Notes under the pieces: model-generated
Databases searched by the model: none
Told to the model about the DNA's origin: nothing
What the model saw: the letters and a program-made list of their open reading frames with translations, nothing else
Shown: positions 8,911-21,022 of the stretch, one piece after another
Layout: every line of letters starts with the position of its first letter
Position numbering within the stretch: the stretch's first letter is position 1
Source: Piedraia hortae CBS 480.64
Taxonomy: Eukaryota
NCBI GenBank assembly: GCA_010093745.1
Contig: MU005972.1
Coordinates: 1 to 64,000 of the forward strand
Length of the DNA: 64,000 nt
Direction: 5' to 3'
Position numbers and translations under genes: made by a program

Positions 8911-11612
8911 CTATGCTATTCGCTCATAAAGCAGAATATAGGCAACTTTGTTGTCCTTCAATCCTTCCCTTTTGGAGACTGGCGTATGCCTTCCACCAGG
9001 TGTAGATGTTCCATTACTCGTCGTCTGCTTCTTCCCAGCCTGTCCATTCACCTCCGACCAAGGCCTTCCCTCACCCTCGTCCGCAAGATGCTGCTCCAGA
9101 GCTCGCGCCAGGAGCCGCGGATCTTCGTCAGCACCACCATCGGCAACGTCTTCTGGACGAACACGGCGAATCACCGTATCATCTATGCGAATCCATTCCC
9201 TGTTGTCTTGGCGCAGCACGTCAACCGTATAGTGTCCACCGGCAGCCGACTTTCCGTGATGATAGACAACGCTGATCAGCCGATACCGAGGCGGAGTATC
9301 CTTGTCGCCTCCTCCAGGTCGCTTACTGGGCAGAAACACCTCTTTGGGGATTTCCAATTCCAGCGGGTATCCCACCCTTTTCCAGATCTTCTGCGTTCCC
9401 CGAGAGCTGTTATCGTACTGAAATCGCTTAAGGTGCAGTACAAGCACAGGAGGCAGTTTATCGATAAAGACCTGCTTCTTCGCGCTCTTGTTTTTGCCGC
9501 CAAAATCACCCGTAAGGGTTTCCACCCGCGTGATGCCTTTGAGAGCATCCACAATGTTGTTCACATTAGCATCGCCAATATCGAGCTGCAGCGGCTTATA
9601 TGGCTCCAAAGTCACTGAGTCCTTGAGGCCGGGAACACGCAGTTCTGAGCGCAGGTTGCCACCAAAAATCTTAGTGATCGGAGACGGCGCTTCTTGATGG
9701 CCAGCAGTGCCAGTCACCGAGACCTTCTGCTTTGGCCGAACCTCGAGCCAACCGTCGACTGGCTTTTCGTCTTGACTCTCCGGCTGGGATTGCATAACCA
9801 TGGCACACTCATCGTGAAGGCCCTCGAGCAGAAACCCCAAAAACTCTTCGGCATCCTGCTGATGCCCACGACGCATGTTGCTGAAGCGTGGCAGTTTTCT
9901 GATGGCTTCATACACATAGTCTGGCGTCGCCGGCTCCCCAAATTGCTCGAGCTGAATCGGCTTGAGCGAGCTTCGCAAAACATCCACCGACTCCGCGCTT
10001 TCCAACACTTCAAATTCACTCATGAACATGATCAAAGCATCAACTAGAGGGGTATCGCTTTTAACCGAATGCACGGTGCGCTGTTTAACCTGATTAAGAA
10101 AGTTGTAGAATGGGGTGCAAAAGACCAATATTTGCAAAACCTGTTGAACGTCAACCGTACTCTTGCTTGGCAGGTGTTTTCTGGACTTACAGCGTTCATG
10201 TAACACATGTTACCTGTGTTGACAAGTCCACGCGGCTGGAGGAAGGAAAGTTTTGGGTTGGCGGCAACCGAATATTGCCTGAGGGCTTCCGAAAGAGTGG
10301 TAGCGTGAGGTAAGGCTATGCCATTGGTGACTACGGCACTGTCGGCTTCGACCTTTCCCGAGTTGACTGGAAGTCGGACCAGATCCGCCCAAGTCCGGGG
10401 CACAGCTTTTGGTGAAGCAACCGAGGGCGCCGCAGCAGTTTTACTGGATGAGGCATCAATGCCATTGACGGGTGAGGAGGCGTTTGTTGTTGGTGAGATG
10501 GGACCGTGGGCTGAGGGCAGATTGGGCGTCGGCGGCACCAAGGCAACAGTGCTCGCAGGCTTAGGAACGACAGCCTCTGCCGTTGGTGACGCTTGCTTCT
10601 TTTCCGCCACCTTGGTCGAGGCTTTTTTGAGGTTGGGCAAGTCCGGGATGGCCACAGCCGTTCTTGTGCTCATCCGCATACGCGTTGCCTGCGAGGGCTG
10701 CTGTGTAGACTTTTCCACGCCGTTAGGCGTCTGCGAGACCACAAGACTTGAGGCCTTTGCTTCAGAGGATGGTTTCGAAGGAGCTGTTGTTTCCGGAAGA
10801 ACGTTCGGAGGTGTTTCGGTTGCAGACATTGCATCTGCAGGAGCAACATCTCTCAACGATGCTATGGCAGCAGTTTGTGGGGCGCGTGTATCAGACTCGT
10901 TGATCGACAGAGGCTCGGAACCCAATTTGGGGTTTGCCAGCACCCCGGCATGCGGTGCCGGATTGCGCCAATTCTGCCGCTTTCTCCTCCTCGACACGTC
11001 CTTTGGTGGGAAAGCTGAGGCACCGCCGGGAAATGAATAGAAAGGCAACTTTGGTGTGAAAACGGTGTGGCGCCCTTCAGGGAGATCTAGAGGGCTCGAT
11101 AGCGCAGATGCTTCGGCGCTTTCCGTGACCGGCAAAGGCTGATGATCGGGGCCAGGAATCGCATGCGGCGCTGGCGTAGGCGAATGAGACGTGACCGCAG
11201 TCGAGGAGCGCGGCGTGTGTAATGGAAAAGCGCGTGGAGACTGGGCAACATGATTGGCGCCCATTGACACGGCATGTTGACGACCGGTGGCGTATGGTTG
11301 AGAACTGACGACTGTTGGTGTCCGTGGAGGACCGCACGGTACCTGCGGCGGATGAGGTTGCGGCGACATATAATGTCCCTGATAGGGGGACCGGAACTGG
11401 TGCTGCTGGTAGCCGTGGGACGGGTGCGAATAATAGTGGTGGTAGCTTCCATAGGGAAGCATAGCCATCGGCACCTGCATTGGCGACTGCTGCGAATGGT
11501 GGGGGTAAGCGAGATAGTCGTGGTGTCGCCGCCTCGACTGTTGGGGCATGACGGAAATTGGGGGCGCAAACGCCTGGGGCTGCCCGGGAGGGGGCCCCAT
11601 GTGGTGGTTCAT
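8911..11612 (-). CDS. UBP3: Ubiquitin-specific protease, Ubp3/USP10 family; intron 10190-10141
   Basis: Cys box GLVNTGNMCYMNAVLQ (spliced), QQDAEEFL, and His box VVYHHGKSAAGGHYT, after a long Pro/Gln/His-rich N-terminus. Confidence 0.92.
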
Positions 11613-12082
11613 GCCGCCTCCGCCTGCCACTGCGGCAGCGCCGACTTGGCCGGCGGCTGTCGACACCCTGCGGCACTGCTCAGGACGCGGCGGCGGCGTG
11701 GGCGCGCGGCGACATTGAAGAGATGATGTTTCTGAAGCCGTTTTTGCGCGCGCAGGGAGGGAAAACGCAACACAATCTGCCAGGAACGATGGCGAAGGGA
11801 GCGGAGCAGGCGCGCAGCTCAATGGAAAGCAACACGCGAAGGCTGGGGTTGACAGCAACGGAGGTGGAAGGTGTAATGTATGGTACGGTGCGGTAGCTGG
11901 AGCGGGAGGGGCGCTGAAAGAAGTTTAACCACGGGAGCTCCCGAGGCCACGTATGGCCCAAGCGTCTATGAAGAGTTCGGTTTCACCCCTCACTCCACCA
12001 CGGTCCGTGCTGACTACAACTGCCCGTTCAACGTTCACACACCCCTCCATCCTCTACACCTTTGATCACTCCCATCTCTTCA

Positions 12083-13352
12083 TCAGTTTGCTTTCTTGGT
12101 CTGGTCTTGCGATACAGGATACTTGATCCTGAGACACCACATGTCGAGGTAGTCGCAGATGGTGACAATGACGTCCACGACGAAGCTTCCATAGACCCCA
12201 ACTGCCAATCCCAGGCAGGTGAACACAAAGGCGACTTGATACACATCGTCACCAAGTGCGCTGGGCCAGCCGATGCCAATGAGCTGCTGCAGCTTGGGGC
12301 CCGCCGAGTCCAGCACTCCCCAAATTAGGGGAAGCCCCAGAATGTTATGGTAAGGGAATTCGGACTCGGTCACATGCGCTGTGATGATCTGTCCAACGCT
12401 ATAAGCGTTGACGAGTCCAGCGTAGAAGGTAAATGGTACCAGATGGTGGTGAAGGATATGTGGCTGCAGGGCCAGGTAAATGGCGATTAGCGCCCAGATG
12501 GCGATGAAGGGAATCAAGCCAAGCAGAGATTCCCGTGCGTGCAGACCGCGGGCTCGACGTGCTTTCATGACGTTACGTGCGCTGCACATATCAGCCCCCG
12601 TCTAAGTGAAATCAGTATTGCACATACCTCCCTATCGTGTTGTACAAAAGAACCACTCCACCGTAGACAATGTATGCCTCGCCAAAGTCCATGTCATACA
12701 TGGCTTGTGGGATAATGAGCAGCTTGGGAATTCCCAGTGCCGGGAGCATTGGCTGTTGCCAGTAGGATCCGCCTCCCACAAAGGCCGTAATGGCGTAAAC
12801 AATACAGAGTGTCAAGATACCTTCCACGGGGCCCGAAATGAGGCCCAGAGTTAGCGTTTTGGTGTGATACTCATCCCAAGTTTGGACATAAAAAGTAAAC
12901 AGCGTGGCGAACAAGGTCAAAACCGTCTTCCACCCGTGCCCAAAGTTCATGGTGGCCGAAAAAAGTAGCACTTCCAGGCTAGTATTGAGCGCGTCCACGC
13001 AATGATCAAAAAGCTCTCCAAGGCTGGATGAAGTTCCAGTCCGTCGTGCCTGACCACCGTCAATGGCATCAAAAGTCTGGTATGCGAACAGCCCAATGGC
13101 CCATGACGCATACACCCAAGGAGGGCAGTCCTGGTCCAGGGTCGGAGTGTAATACAACATGGTTAGCAGGTTAATGATGACGAAACTGAAGCCTGAAAGA
13201 GTGATGGCATTGGGGGCAACAGAAAGTGGGAAGAGTTTGACGACCTGATTCCACCAGTAGGGCTTCAAGATATAGCGAGACAAAAGACTGCGGTCAACAC
13301 CGGAATACTTGTAATTGTTCAGCCCTTGGAGCTGTTTCTGGCGAATATACAT
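12083..13352 (-). CDS. EPT1: Choline/ethanolamine phosphotransferase; intron 12627-12582
   Basis: CDP-alcohol phosphotransferase motif DAIDGGQARRTGTSSSLGELFDHCVD, N-terminal YKYSGVD, and multiple TM segments. Confidence 0.92.
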
Positions 13353-13598
13353 GATGGACGTTCGTTTTAGGCGTAGGTGTGCGTGTCCTCTGCTGGAGGT
13401 GCCCGAAATCAAGTCCCAGGATGCCATACACATGACGTCATTTTCCCACCACCATATTAGTGAATTCCAGTAAGATGATGAACACTTTATGCTCGTGTTT
13501 GTTTCTCTACAACTTCCCAGTTGATATTTCCTCGTCTTTTGCGATTATCTTGTATCATCTCCCGGGTTGGACTCCTGTACTAAGATGAGTGTCGCCGT

Positions 13599-14954
13599 TC
13601 AGTTCCACGACGGCGACATTCTTTTCACAAATTTCATAAACTTCCAAAATCCAACATCAAATGACATGTTCCCGTGGGGGTCCCTTACCACCTGTGGCCA
13701 AGCAATGCCGGCCCCGTAAAGGCCAGGCAGCTTGACCAGACTTCCGTGTTTGTACTGCGTAAAAGCACCTGTTTGATGATCAAATACTGGATGCAACTCC
13801 TCGCCGGCTTGGGTTTCCAGCTTTGGAATTGGATTGGGTTTGTAGCCAATGGCTTGGCAAATTAGGTCTGATCCAGCGAGATGTTTTTTAAACACCTCTT
13901 GCTCGATGTCTCTCTGATACCGGATGGCTGTTACGTAGCGGCTCACATTGCTCTGGTCAAAAACGCCTCGCTCGAGGTTTGCTTTGGCCCATTCAGCGGC
14001 TTCTCCTTTTAAGCCGGTATTGTCGCGAAGAATCCAGCCGTCCATGTACACTGCGTAACGTAGTTCGTGTCGTGTTAGCCATCTGATATGAAGATCTGGT
14101 TTGGCAGAAGCAGCCAAGTTGTACAGATTCCTCAGTACAAGAATCGCTGAGTGTGAAGCCCCAATGACCGACACAACGGTGGGTCCCCTATGCAAAAGAA
14201 TCTGTTTGAGCAGAGTTGGGGAAAGGGCAGAGTCTAAATCAAGAAGAGGGGTCTTGTTAAGACCGTAAGGCAGTCGGATGATACTAGGGGTAGAACCAGT
14301 GCAGAGTATTAGTCGCTGTGATGTGACAGAGGAGCCCACTTTTCCCATGTCCACCGTCCATCTTCCAGTCCTCTCGTCTAAAACGGCAGACTTTGCCGTG
14401 GTTTTTTGGGAAGAGATGCCTGGCATACGTTGCAGACCCCTAGTGAGCATCAATATCATGTCGGCAGCATAGCCAAGCTCACAGCCTTTGGACTGGTCTA
14501 AAGCCCGCAGCCTGCGCATTTCCACTGGGTCGCAGTCATTTATGATTTGTCTAAAGGGCTCTACCGCCGTGGCAAAGTCAACAAACAAGCCGACTTTGGT
14601 GTTTGAAGGCACCTCGCGGTACCTCTTGTTCACGCGTCCACCGGAAAACTCGTCATCGATCCAGAGTATAGGTTCAATCTTCTTCTCCAAAAGGTTCCCA
14701 ACGCATGTAACACCAGCTGGCCCAGCACCCACTATGGTAGCGGCATAGTCGGAGTTGGTGCTGTACAGCTTGACTGAAGCTGCCTTGACACGAAATGCGG
14801 GTACGATGCGTCTGATTGCTCGAGTTGAGTGCACCTCTGTCACAACACACAGCGTTCTTGTGTGTAGGCTAGATGACTGGAAGGCTCGTAAATCTTTCCG
14901 AAATATGTAAGACGTCGAACCTCCAGAGCTGAGGACGCATTGTAATGGTCGCAT
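13599..14954 (-). CDS. FAD-dependent pyridine nucleotide-disulfide oxidoreductase-like protein, possibly mitochondrial
   Basis: IVGAGPAG FAD-binding motif, LCTGS, a second dinucleotide motif VIGASHSA, and LYGAGIA. The N-terminus is Arg/Ser-rich; the exact start is uncertain. Confidence 0.8.
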   Translation of the reverse strand: MRPLQCVLSSGGSTSYIFRKDLRAFQSSSLHTRTLCVVTEVHSTRAIRRIVPAFRVKAASVKLYSTNSDYAATIVGAGPAGVTCVGNLLEKKIEPILWIDDEFSGGRVNKRYREVPSNTKVGLFVDFATAVEPFRQIINDCDPVEMRRLRALDQSKGCELGYAADMILMLTRGLQRMPGISSQKTTAKSAVLDERTGRWTVDMGKVGSSVTSQRLILCTGSTPSIIRLPYGLNKTPLLDLDSALSPTLLKQILLHRGPTVVSVIGASHSAILVLRNLYNLAASAKPDLHIRWLTRHELRYAVYMDGWILRDNTGLKGEAAEWAKANLERGVFDQSNVSRYVTAIRYQRDIEQEVFKKHLAGSDLICQAIGYKPNPIPKLETQAGEELHPVFDHQTGAFTQYKHGSLVKLPGLYGAGIAWPQVVRDPHGNMSFDVGFWKFMKFVKRMSPSWN

Positions 14955-15336
14955 GGTGGAGTGACTTGGTCTGGTGTGTAGTTAGGCTCAAGAGTATGTA
15001 GGTAGTTTCGGATGATGAATCACGTAAGAATGACGCGATTTGGATTAATTTCCGAGGCTACATTGCTGACTTGGGTTTTTCGGAACAATAATTTGGGGGA
15101 CGTCATTACGAACGTATTCGGTGATACTGCTGGTAGTGGAACTGACAGTTTGCAGCTGCATCAACCGTGTACCTGCAGCAACCGTCAGCGGCCCAACGGC
15201 CTGCCACAAGAAAAGTGAAAAGTTAAGGAAATAAAAAGGTTACGAGTCGACATTAATCTTCGGGAGCTGAAAAACTCGCACAGAAGCCTCACACCCTCCG
15301 AACCACTATTCCACGTATATTAAATCGAAAACAGAG

Positions 15337-15366
15337 AAAAAAAACAAAAAAAAAAACACAAAAAAA
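15337..15366. repeat. Interrupted poly(A) tract (poly-U in the KEL1 3' region)
   Basis: The sequence reads aaaaaaaacaaaaaaaaaaacacaaaaaaa. Confidence 0.7.
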
Positions 15367-15516
15367 CGAAGGGGTATTCGAACAGGCCCTGTACCAGCTC
15401 ATCTCATTCCGTCCATAGCAAACGGCGTCCGGCACCATCCACTAGCCCATGTGCATATCCCACACCAAACGGCCGGATGTTGATTGTCATGTTTCTTCTA
15501 CCAACACATGTCACGC

Positions 15517-18500
15517 TCAAATCATCCCACCCGGCATCCTCATGGACATGGTTTCCGCCGGCTGTTGAGAGTGTGACTGTTGCTCTCCCACCACTGTGCT
15601 CCCCTCGGACGTGCCCGGTCGGCTACCATCGCTGAGCGCGAGGTTCCTCCGCCAGTCCGCTAGGGTTCCCGACCCCGTTGCCGGCATACGCTCGTTCTCA
15701 TGAAGCCTGGAGGAGTCGCTCATCCGATAATTCCGGTTCAGCTCCCAGTGGGAACGCATGGCATCTAGTTCGCTGGCTAGAGAGTCAAGAGCAACGCTGT
15801 TGCGGTTCTCGCTCATTCCCGCCGACGCAGGAACCTCGGAATACGAGCTATCGGCAGCGTCTGAGATGTTGCGTTGGTGGACTCCGGGCTGACTGCCATA
15901 TCCACTCGTCTGGCTGGGCATGTGCATATGGTGACCGGTGCCATTGATGTCGCCCGGAGCCATGCGAGACTGGCGCCTGTAGTTGTCAACGCTGTGCTCA
16001 AACTGGTCCAACAGAAGCTGGATCTTGTTCTCTGCATCCCTAGCGCGCTCTTCGAGCATCGCATTCTCATGATGCAACCGCTCCATGTCGTTGCGGGCCT
16101 GCGAGTGTGTGGCCTGAAGGTTAGAGAGATCAGCCTGACAGGTTGTGTACGCCTTCCGGCTCTGCTCAAGCTGCGTCTCGGTGCTGGAGAGTTGGCCTTG
16201 CATCGCCGTCAGTTGGCTCTCCATCTGCGAAACAACCTGTCTGAGCTGGGCGTGTGACTGATCCAAGCCTTCCCTCTGCATGCTACCATCATCCGGTCCT
16301 AGGCCCCTCGAACCCTCCAGCTTCTGCTTGAGTTCCCCATTCTCGTTCTTCACCCGCTGCAATTCCTGCTTCATCCTGCTCAGCATCTTCTCGGTGCCGC
16401 GGAGGTACTTGACGGCAGCCTGATGGTCGTTATCGAGTGCAGTGAGCTTCTGCTCATATTCCTTCCTCATTATGGCGTCTCTCCCGGATGCGTCTTCCAG
16501 CTGGGCTTTCGTCTCCTCGTGGCTCCTCATGGATGCCTCTAGCTGCTGTTCGAGGTCCTTCATCCTCTGTTGGTCGGTCGACAACTCCATCGTCTTCGCA
16601 CCGCGTGCCTCCGACGGATCGATGCCGCGTTCGACCAAGACGTTCTTCAACGTTGCATGCTGTACCTGGAGAGCGTTGGCGTTGAACACATGACTCTGCA
16701 GCTTCTGCTCCATGTCAGCCTTTTCAGCGGCAAGGTCGCGGTTTTGCTTGAGCAATGACTGCAGCTGGTTGCGCGTCGATAGGCCTTCTCGACTGGCTTG
16801 TTCATGGTGTGCTTCCAGCGTAGCAATTCGTTCCTCGGCACGACGCAGTTTGTCGGCCGCGGCATTCGCAGCTGCCTGGTTCTGCTGCACAAGTTCGTTG
16901 GCTGCCTCTACTTGCTGCTGCAGGACCTGGAGGCGTTCGTTGTGGGCTGCCGACGCCGAGTCATCAATGCCACGGTCAGTATTCTTGTCGATGCCGGCCA
17001 GCAGAGCTTCACGGTGGAGCGTGGCCTCTTGGGCATGCTTCTGTGCCAGCTCCTCGGCGTCTCGTAGCCGTCTGGTGGCAGATTCTACTTCAGACGAGCG
17101 TGTTTCGTGCTCCGAACGGAGGACGCGCAACTTCTCTTCCACCTCTTCCCGCTCTTTACGCTCCGCCTCATACTTTTGCTCAAACAGGTCCGCCTTTTCG
17201 CTGCTGGCCACGAGGGCGTTCTTGAGTGACTGCAAGGCCGCAGCATGGTTCTTGGAGTCGGACAGCGCGGCTTCCAGCTTGGAAGACAGCTCCCGCCTCT
17301 CCACTTGGAGCATCTGGTGCTGGCCCGTAAGCTCCGAATGGCCGACGCTGATGTCACGGTGCTGGGACTGTGCCTCGTGGAGTCGCGCACGCAAATCGTC
17401 AAGCTCAGAGCTGTGTTGCTGGCGGAATTCGTCGAGCTCCGTCACTCGTTTCTGCGCCGCCTCGGCCGTTTCTTCGGCCAGCTGACGGTGCTGCCTTTCG
17501 GATTCCAACTCGGACGAGAGCATCTCTGCTTTCCTTGACAACTCAGAGTAGGCAGAAAGTGTCGAGGCCAGCTTGCGGCTGAGCTCTTGCTGATGCTCTT
17601 CGTGAGGAAGACCGCGTGCGCCCTCAGAGGGCGTAGACTGGCCAGCGAGTTTTGCCTTGGCCAAAACAGCCTCGTGCAATGCCGAATCACGCTGCTTTTC
17701 GACTTTGGCCAGGCGCTCAGCGGTGCTTCGGCTTTGTTCGTCAATCTTCTGCTGCAGCTGCGCGACCTCCGCCCGCATCCTGATCAAGGCTTCGACCAAA
17801 ACCTTTCCGTCGTCGCCAAGGGCGCCCGTATTCTCACCAAACGCCGGAGAGTCGGTAGAACGGCTCTGGTAGCCAGACTTCTGGGCCAGAGCAAGCTCCG
17901 AGGCGTACCATGCGTTTTTGCGCCGAAGCTGATCCATTTCCTTTGACATGTCGGCATGAGTTTGGTTTGAAGCCGATAAAGGGTTCGAACTGGCGTCCTG
18001 AGAGGCTGGGGCTTCATCTGGAGTCTGGCAAGGCTTGGATATTGAAGTGCTGGGGTGGTGAGTGTCCGCCTGGCCGCCATCCATCTGTCGACGCTGACCG
18101 ACTGGCTGCTGGGTCACGTCTTCAGAAAGGTTGTTGGACCGATGAGAAGCCGTTTGAGGGGGCCTGCCGTCCGGACACGCGTTGTCAGGCGACCTGGCGC
18201 CAGATGCCCAGACCGGATGAGGAGCGTTACGAGAACCGGGAGTCGTGGCAAGGACGGGGGAATTGAGGCCTTGGATAAAATTCCCACGAGGTGCTGCCCG
18301 ATATCGTTCGGCCTCGTCTACAGGACTTGCCATCTGATCAAGAGCCCTGGTTGGCTGCCGGACCGGAACCATGCCATTTACCTTTTGCATCATGCCATGG
18401 GGTGCAGGCCCGGGGGACGGAGCTAATGCCATCTGGTTGGCCATGCTGGGCTGTCGCGTCGCCGGATCCATCCGCCTCGGATCCCCCATCGAGTCAGAGG

Positions 18501-20140
18501 GGGTCTGCTGCTCGTTGTCCATTAATTCGGCCGCTTGCTGCCCCGTTCTGGTTGCGCCCGCCGGGGTTGAGGCTGCATTCGTGCCGCTCGGAAAACGCGT
18601 CTGCTGGCTGCGGTCTGCCGGCGCATCTTGGGGATAGCGAATCTTGGCCGTATCAAGCACATATGCCATGGAGAGCTCGATTGAATCGCGCGGACCGTTA
18701 CTAGGCTCTCCCCCCAACACGACTATTAGCTTGCCCAACGTCGTTAGGCTATGTCCTGACCGTGGAGAAGGACTTGGGCCCATGTTCTGGAAGGTATACC
18801 ACCTGCGCGTGCTCAGGCGGAAAGCGGCAAGGTCCCCAAGGTCCTTGCCCTCGCTGTTGCGGCCGCCAAAGATGTACATGACGTCGCCCACGAGTGCGGC
18901 AGCATGGCCTTCCCTTGGCGATGGCGTATATCCAACGCAATCGAGCTGGGTCCAGGAATTGGTCGCGGGCGAATACGCCCATACATCATTGTACCAAATG
19001 TTGCCATCGGTGCCTCCAAACAGATAGAGCCGGTCGTTCCACGTTATCATGGTGTGGTTGGTGCGTGGCGGCGGTACCTGACCTGGCGGTGGCCCGCCGT
19101 CAATTGTATTGTGGATCAGCATCTCCCACCGATTGGTTGGATTCTGGAGGGTATTGAGGTCGAAGGCGACGAGATCGTTGAGGAAAAACCCCTCGACCTG
19201 GCCGCCAAAGACGTAGATTTTGCTGCCCAAGAGGTTCAGTGTGTGGCCGTAGCGCCCTCGCGGCCGCTGGCCCGGCGGAATTGCCCTCGACCACTGCTTG
19301 GAGGCTGTAAATGTTAAGTCAGCGTGTGCGTAGCGAACAGGACAGCGGCAACGGCAACTCACAGGTATTCAGCAGGTAAAGTGTGTCATCCAGTGGATCG
19401 CCCTCGTTGACGTTTGTGTCGCCGCCAAACACTATAAAAGCATTGCCGACCAGCAGACTTGCGTGGCCGACGCGTAGGCTGGGGCCTTCGTTCGTCGTAG
19501 CAACGGGCTGGCAAGTCATATGGCCGGCTGTGGCCTCGATCAGCCATAGGTCGCTCTTGATCGTGCTGCTGTCGACGAGCCCACCCATGATGAAGATGGA
19601 GCCTTCGCGGCTGGCCGACGAGTTTACAGCCGCGCCGTACCGTGGGAACGGAGTGGCGTGCGGCAACGTCAAGGCCAGACGGCATTGTGACCAGGGAAAT
19701 GGTGAAGAGTCGCTTTGAGATGTGCGCGGCTGCATGGCCATGCGCTGGGGGGTCTATTTGCGCCGTCAGCACTGCATCAAGATTAAGGGTGCCATGGGGT
19801 CTGCACATACGCCATCTCGGGGAGGATCACGCAACGACTTCTGCTCCGGCAACTCGACAATGCGCGGCGCCGTGGCCTCGTCGCGCGGCAGTACCGGTCG
19901 GTCTTCTGCCGGCGCTGTGTTTCCGCCCCGGTCGTGCCCGGCAATCGCGGCCAAGCTGCCACCGTGGCCGGCGGACAGCGGTGTGGGTGAGCTCGGCTTC
20001 GGCGCATTTGTCCAACCATTGGGCGCTTGACTGTAGGCTGGCGGGGCAGGCCCGTCGGAAGAGCGGATCTCGCGCGCGGCGGGCGGAAGCGTCGTCGGCG
20101 GGCCCTGGCGCGTTTTGGAGCTGCGAAAGAGGAATGACAT
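15517..20140 (-). CDS. KEL1: Kelch-repeat and coiled-coil cell-end marker (Kel1/Tea1/TeaA); introns 19810-19754 and 19362-19305
   Basis: Kelch repeats (PRYGAA, RVGHAS, GRYGHT, PRTNHT, PREGHA, PRSGHS) followed by a long coiled coil with DHQAAVKYLRGTEKML. Splice sites are consensus and in frame. Confidence 0.9.
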
Positions 20141-21022
20141 GGCGACAGAGAGGAGATGGGTCGGCGGGAGGGCCGGCGGGGACGACGGGGTAGAGTGGTG
20201 GAGAGAGGTTGGAGGGGGAGCCGCGAATAGAGTCGGTGACGGCAGGCTACAACGGCGGAACCAGGTGCATGCAACAGGTCAAGTCACGGGCAAGCTTCGG
20301 TCATAGTGGTGTCTTGCGTGTTTATTGGAACAAGTTGGCTGGGGATTGGGGGAGGGGGGGGAAGAGAATGTTTTGCGCATCAGAGACCCCTGCAGGCCAG
20401 CTTGTTTGGCCAACGCACGGTTTGGCAGCGGTTGTGGCTATCAAATTTGGATGATTTTCGGGCGTTGGCTGTGGCAGCTGTCTTACAGCGACCACTGTCG
20501 GCCCTTGGCTTGTTTTAACTACTGTCAAGCCAGAAGATAGCGAGGACTGCATGAAGCGGATCCTTCTTCATAGCGGAATCGTTAGCTTCCACCTCTCCAC
20601 GCACCTATAGCGCTGTAGATGCTGGGATCCGCGGATCCTTGATTCAGCGATCAGAGTTCTCGTGCCGAGTCGATTCGCTATTCCAGGTTCGACCGTAATG
20701 GCCCGGGACGCAAGAGCAATCATACCGTCGCTTTGGCTATTGGCTAGACATCTGCATCACGTGTACGATGACGGCCGGGCCGCACCGCCTGCATGTGCAC
20801 TTTAGCATTAGAAGTAGGTTCTAGTGATCACTGTCTTGTAGTCTGTGAGCCCCGGGCGTACTGCCTACCTGTCCATTACCGTGACTAAACGGTCACCACA
20901 TGGGTAGCGCTATTCGCATTACGACATTCCCACCACCCCCAACCCACCGCCGCATCGCGGACTACTACCCCACTGCACCGTAATGCTTTCTCTCTCCACT
21001 CCGCCCCTACACAGTAATAGTA

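Noticed and set aside
8842..11726. Long plus-strand ORFs (258, 240 and 150 aa) opposite UBP3
   Set aside because: They are antisense shadows of a GC-rich coding region with no recognisable motifs.
20683..20695. GGTTCGA resembling a tRNA T-loop
   Set aside because: There is no T-stem pairing, A-box or cloverleaf around it.
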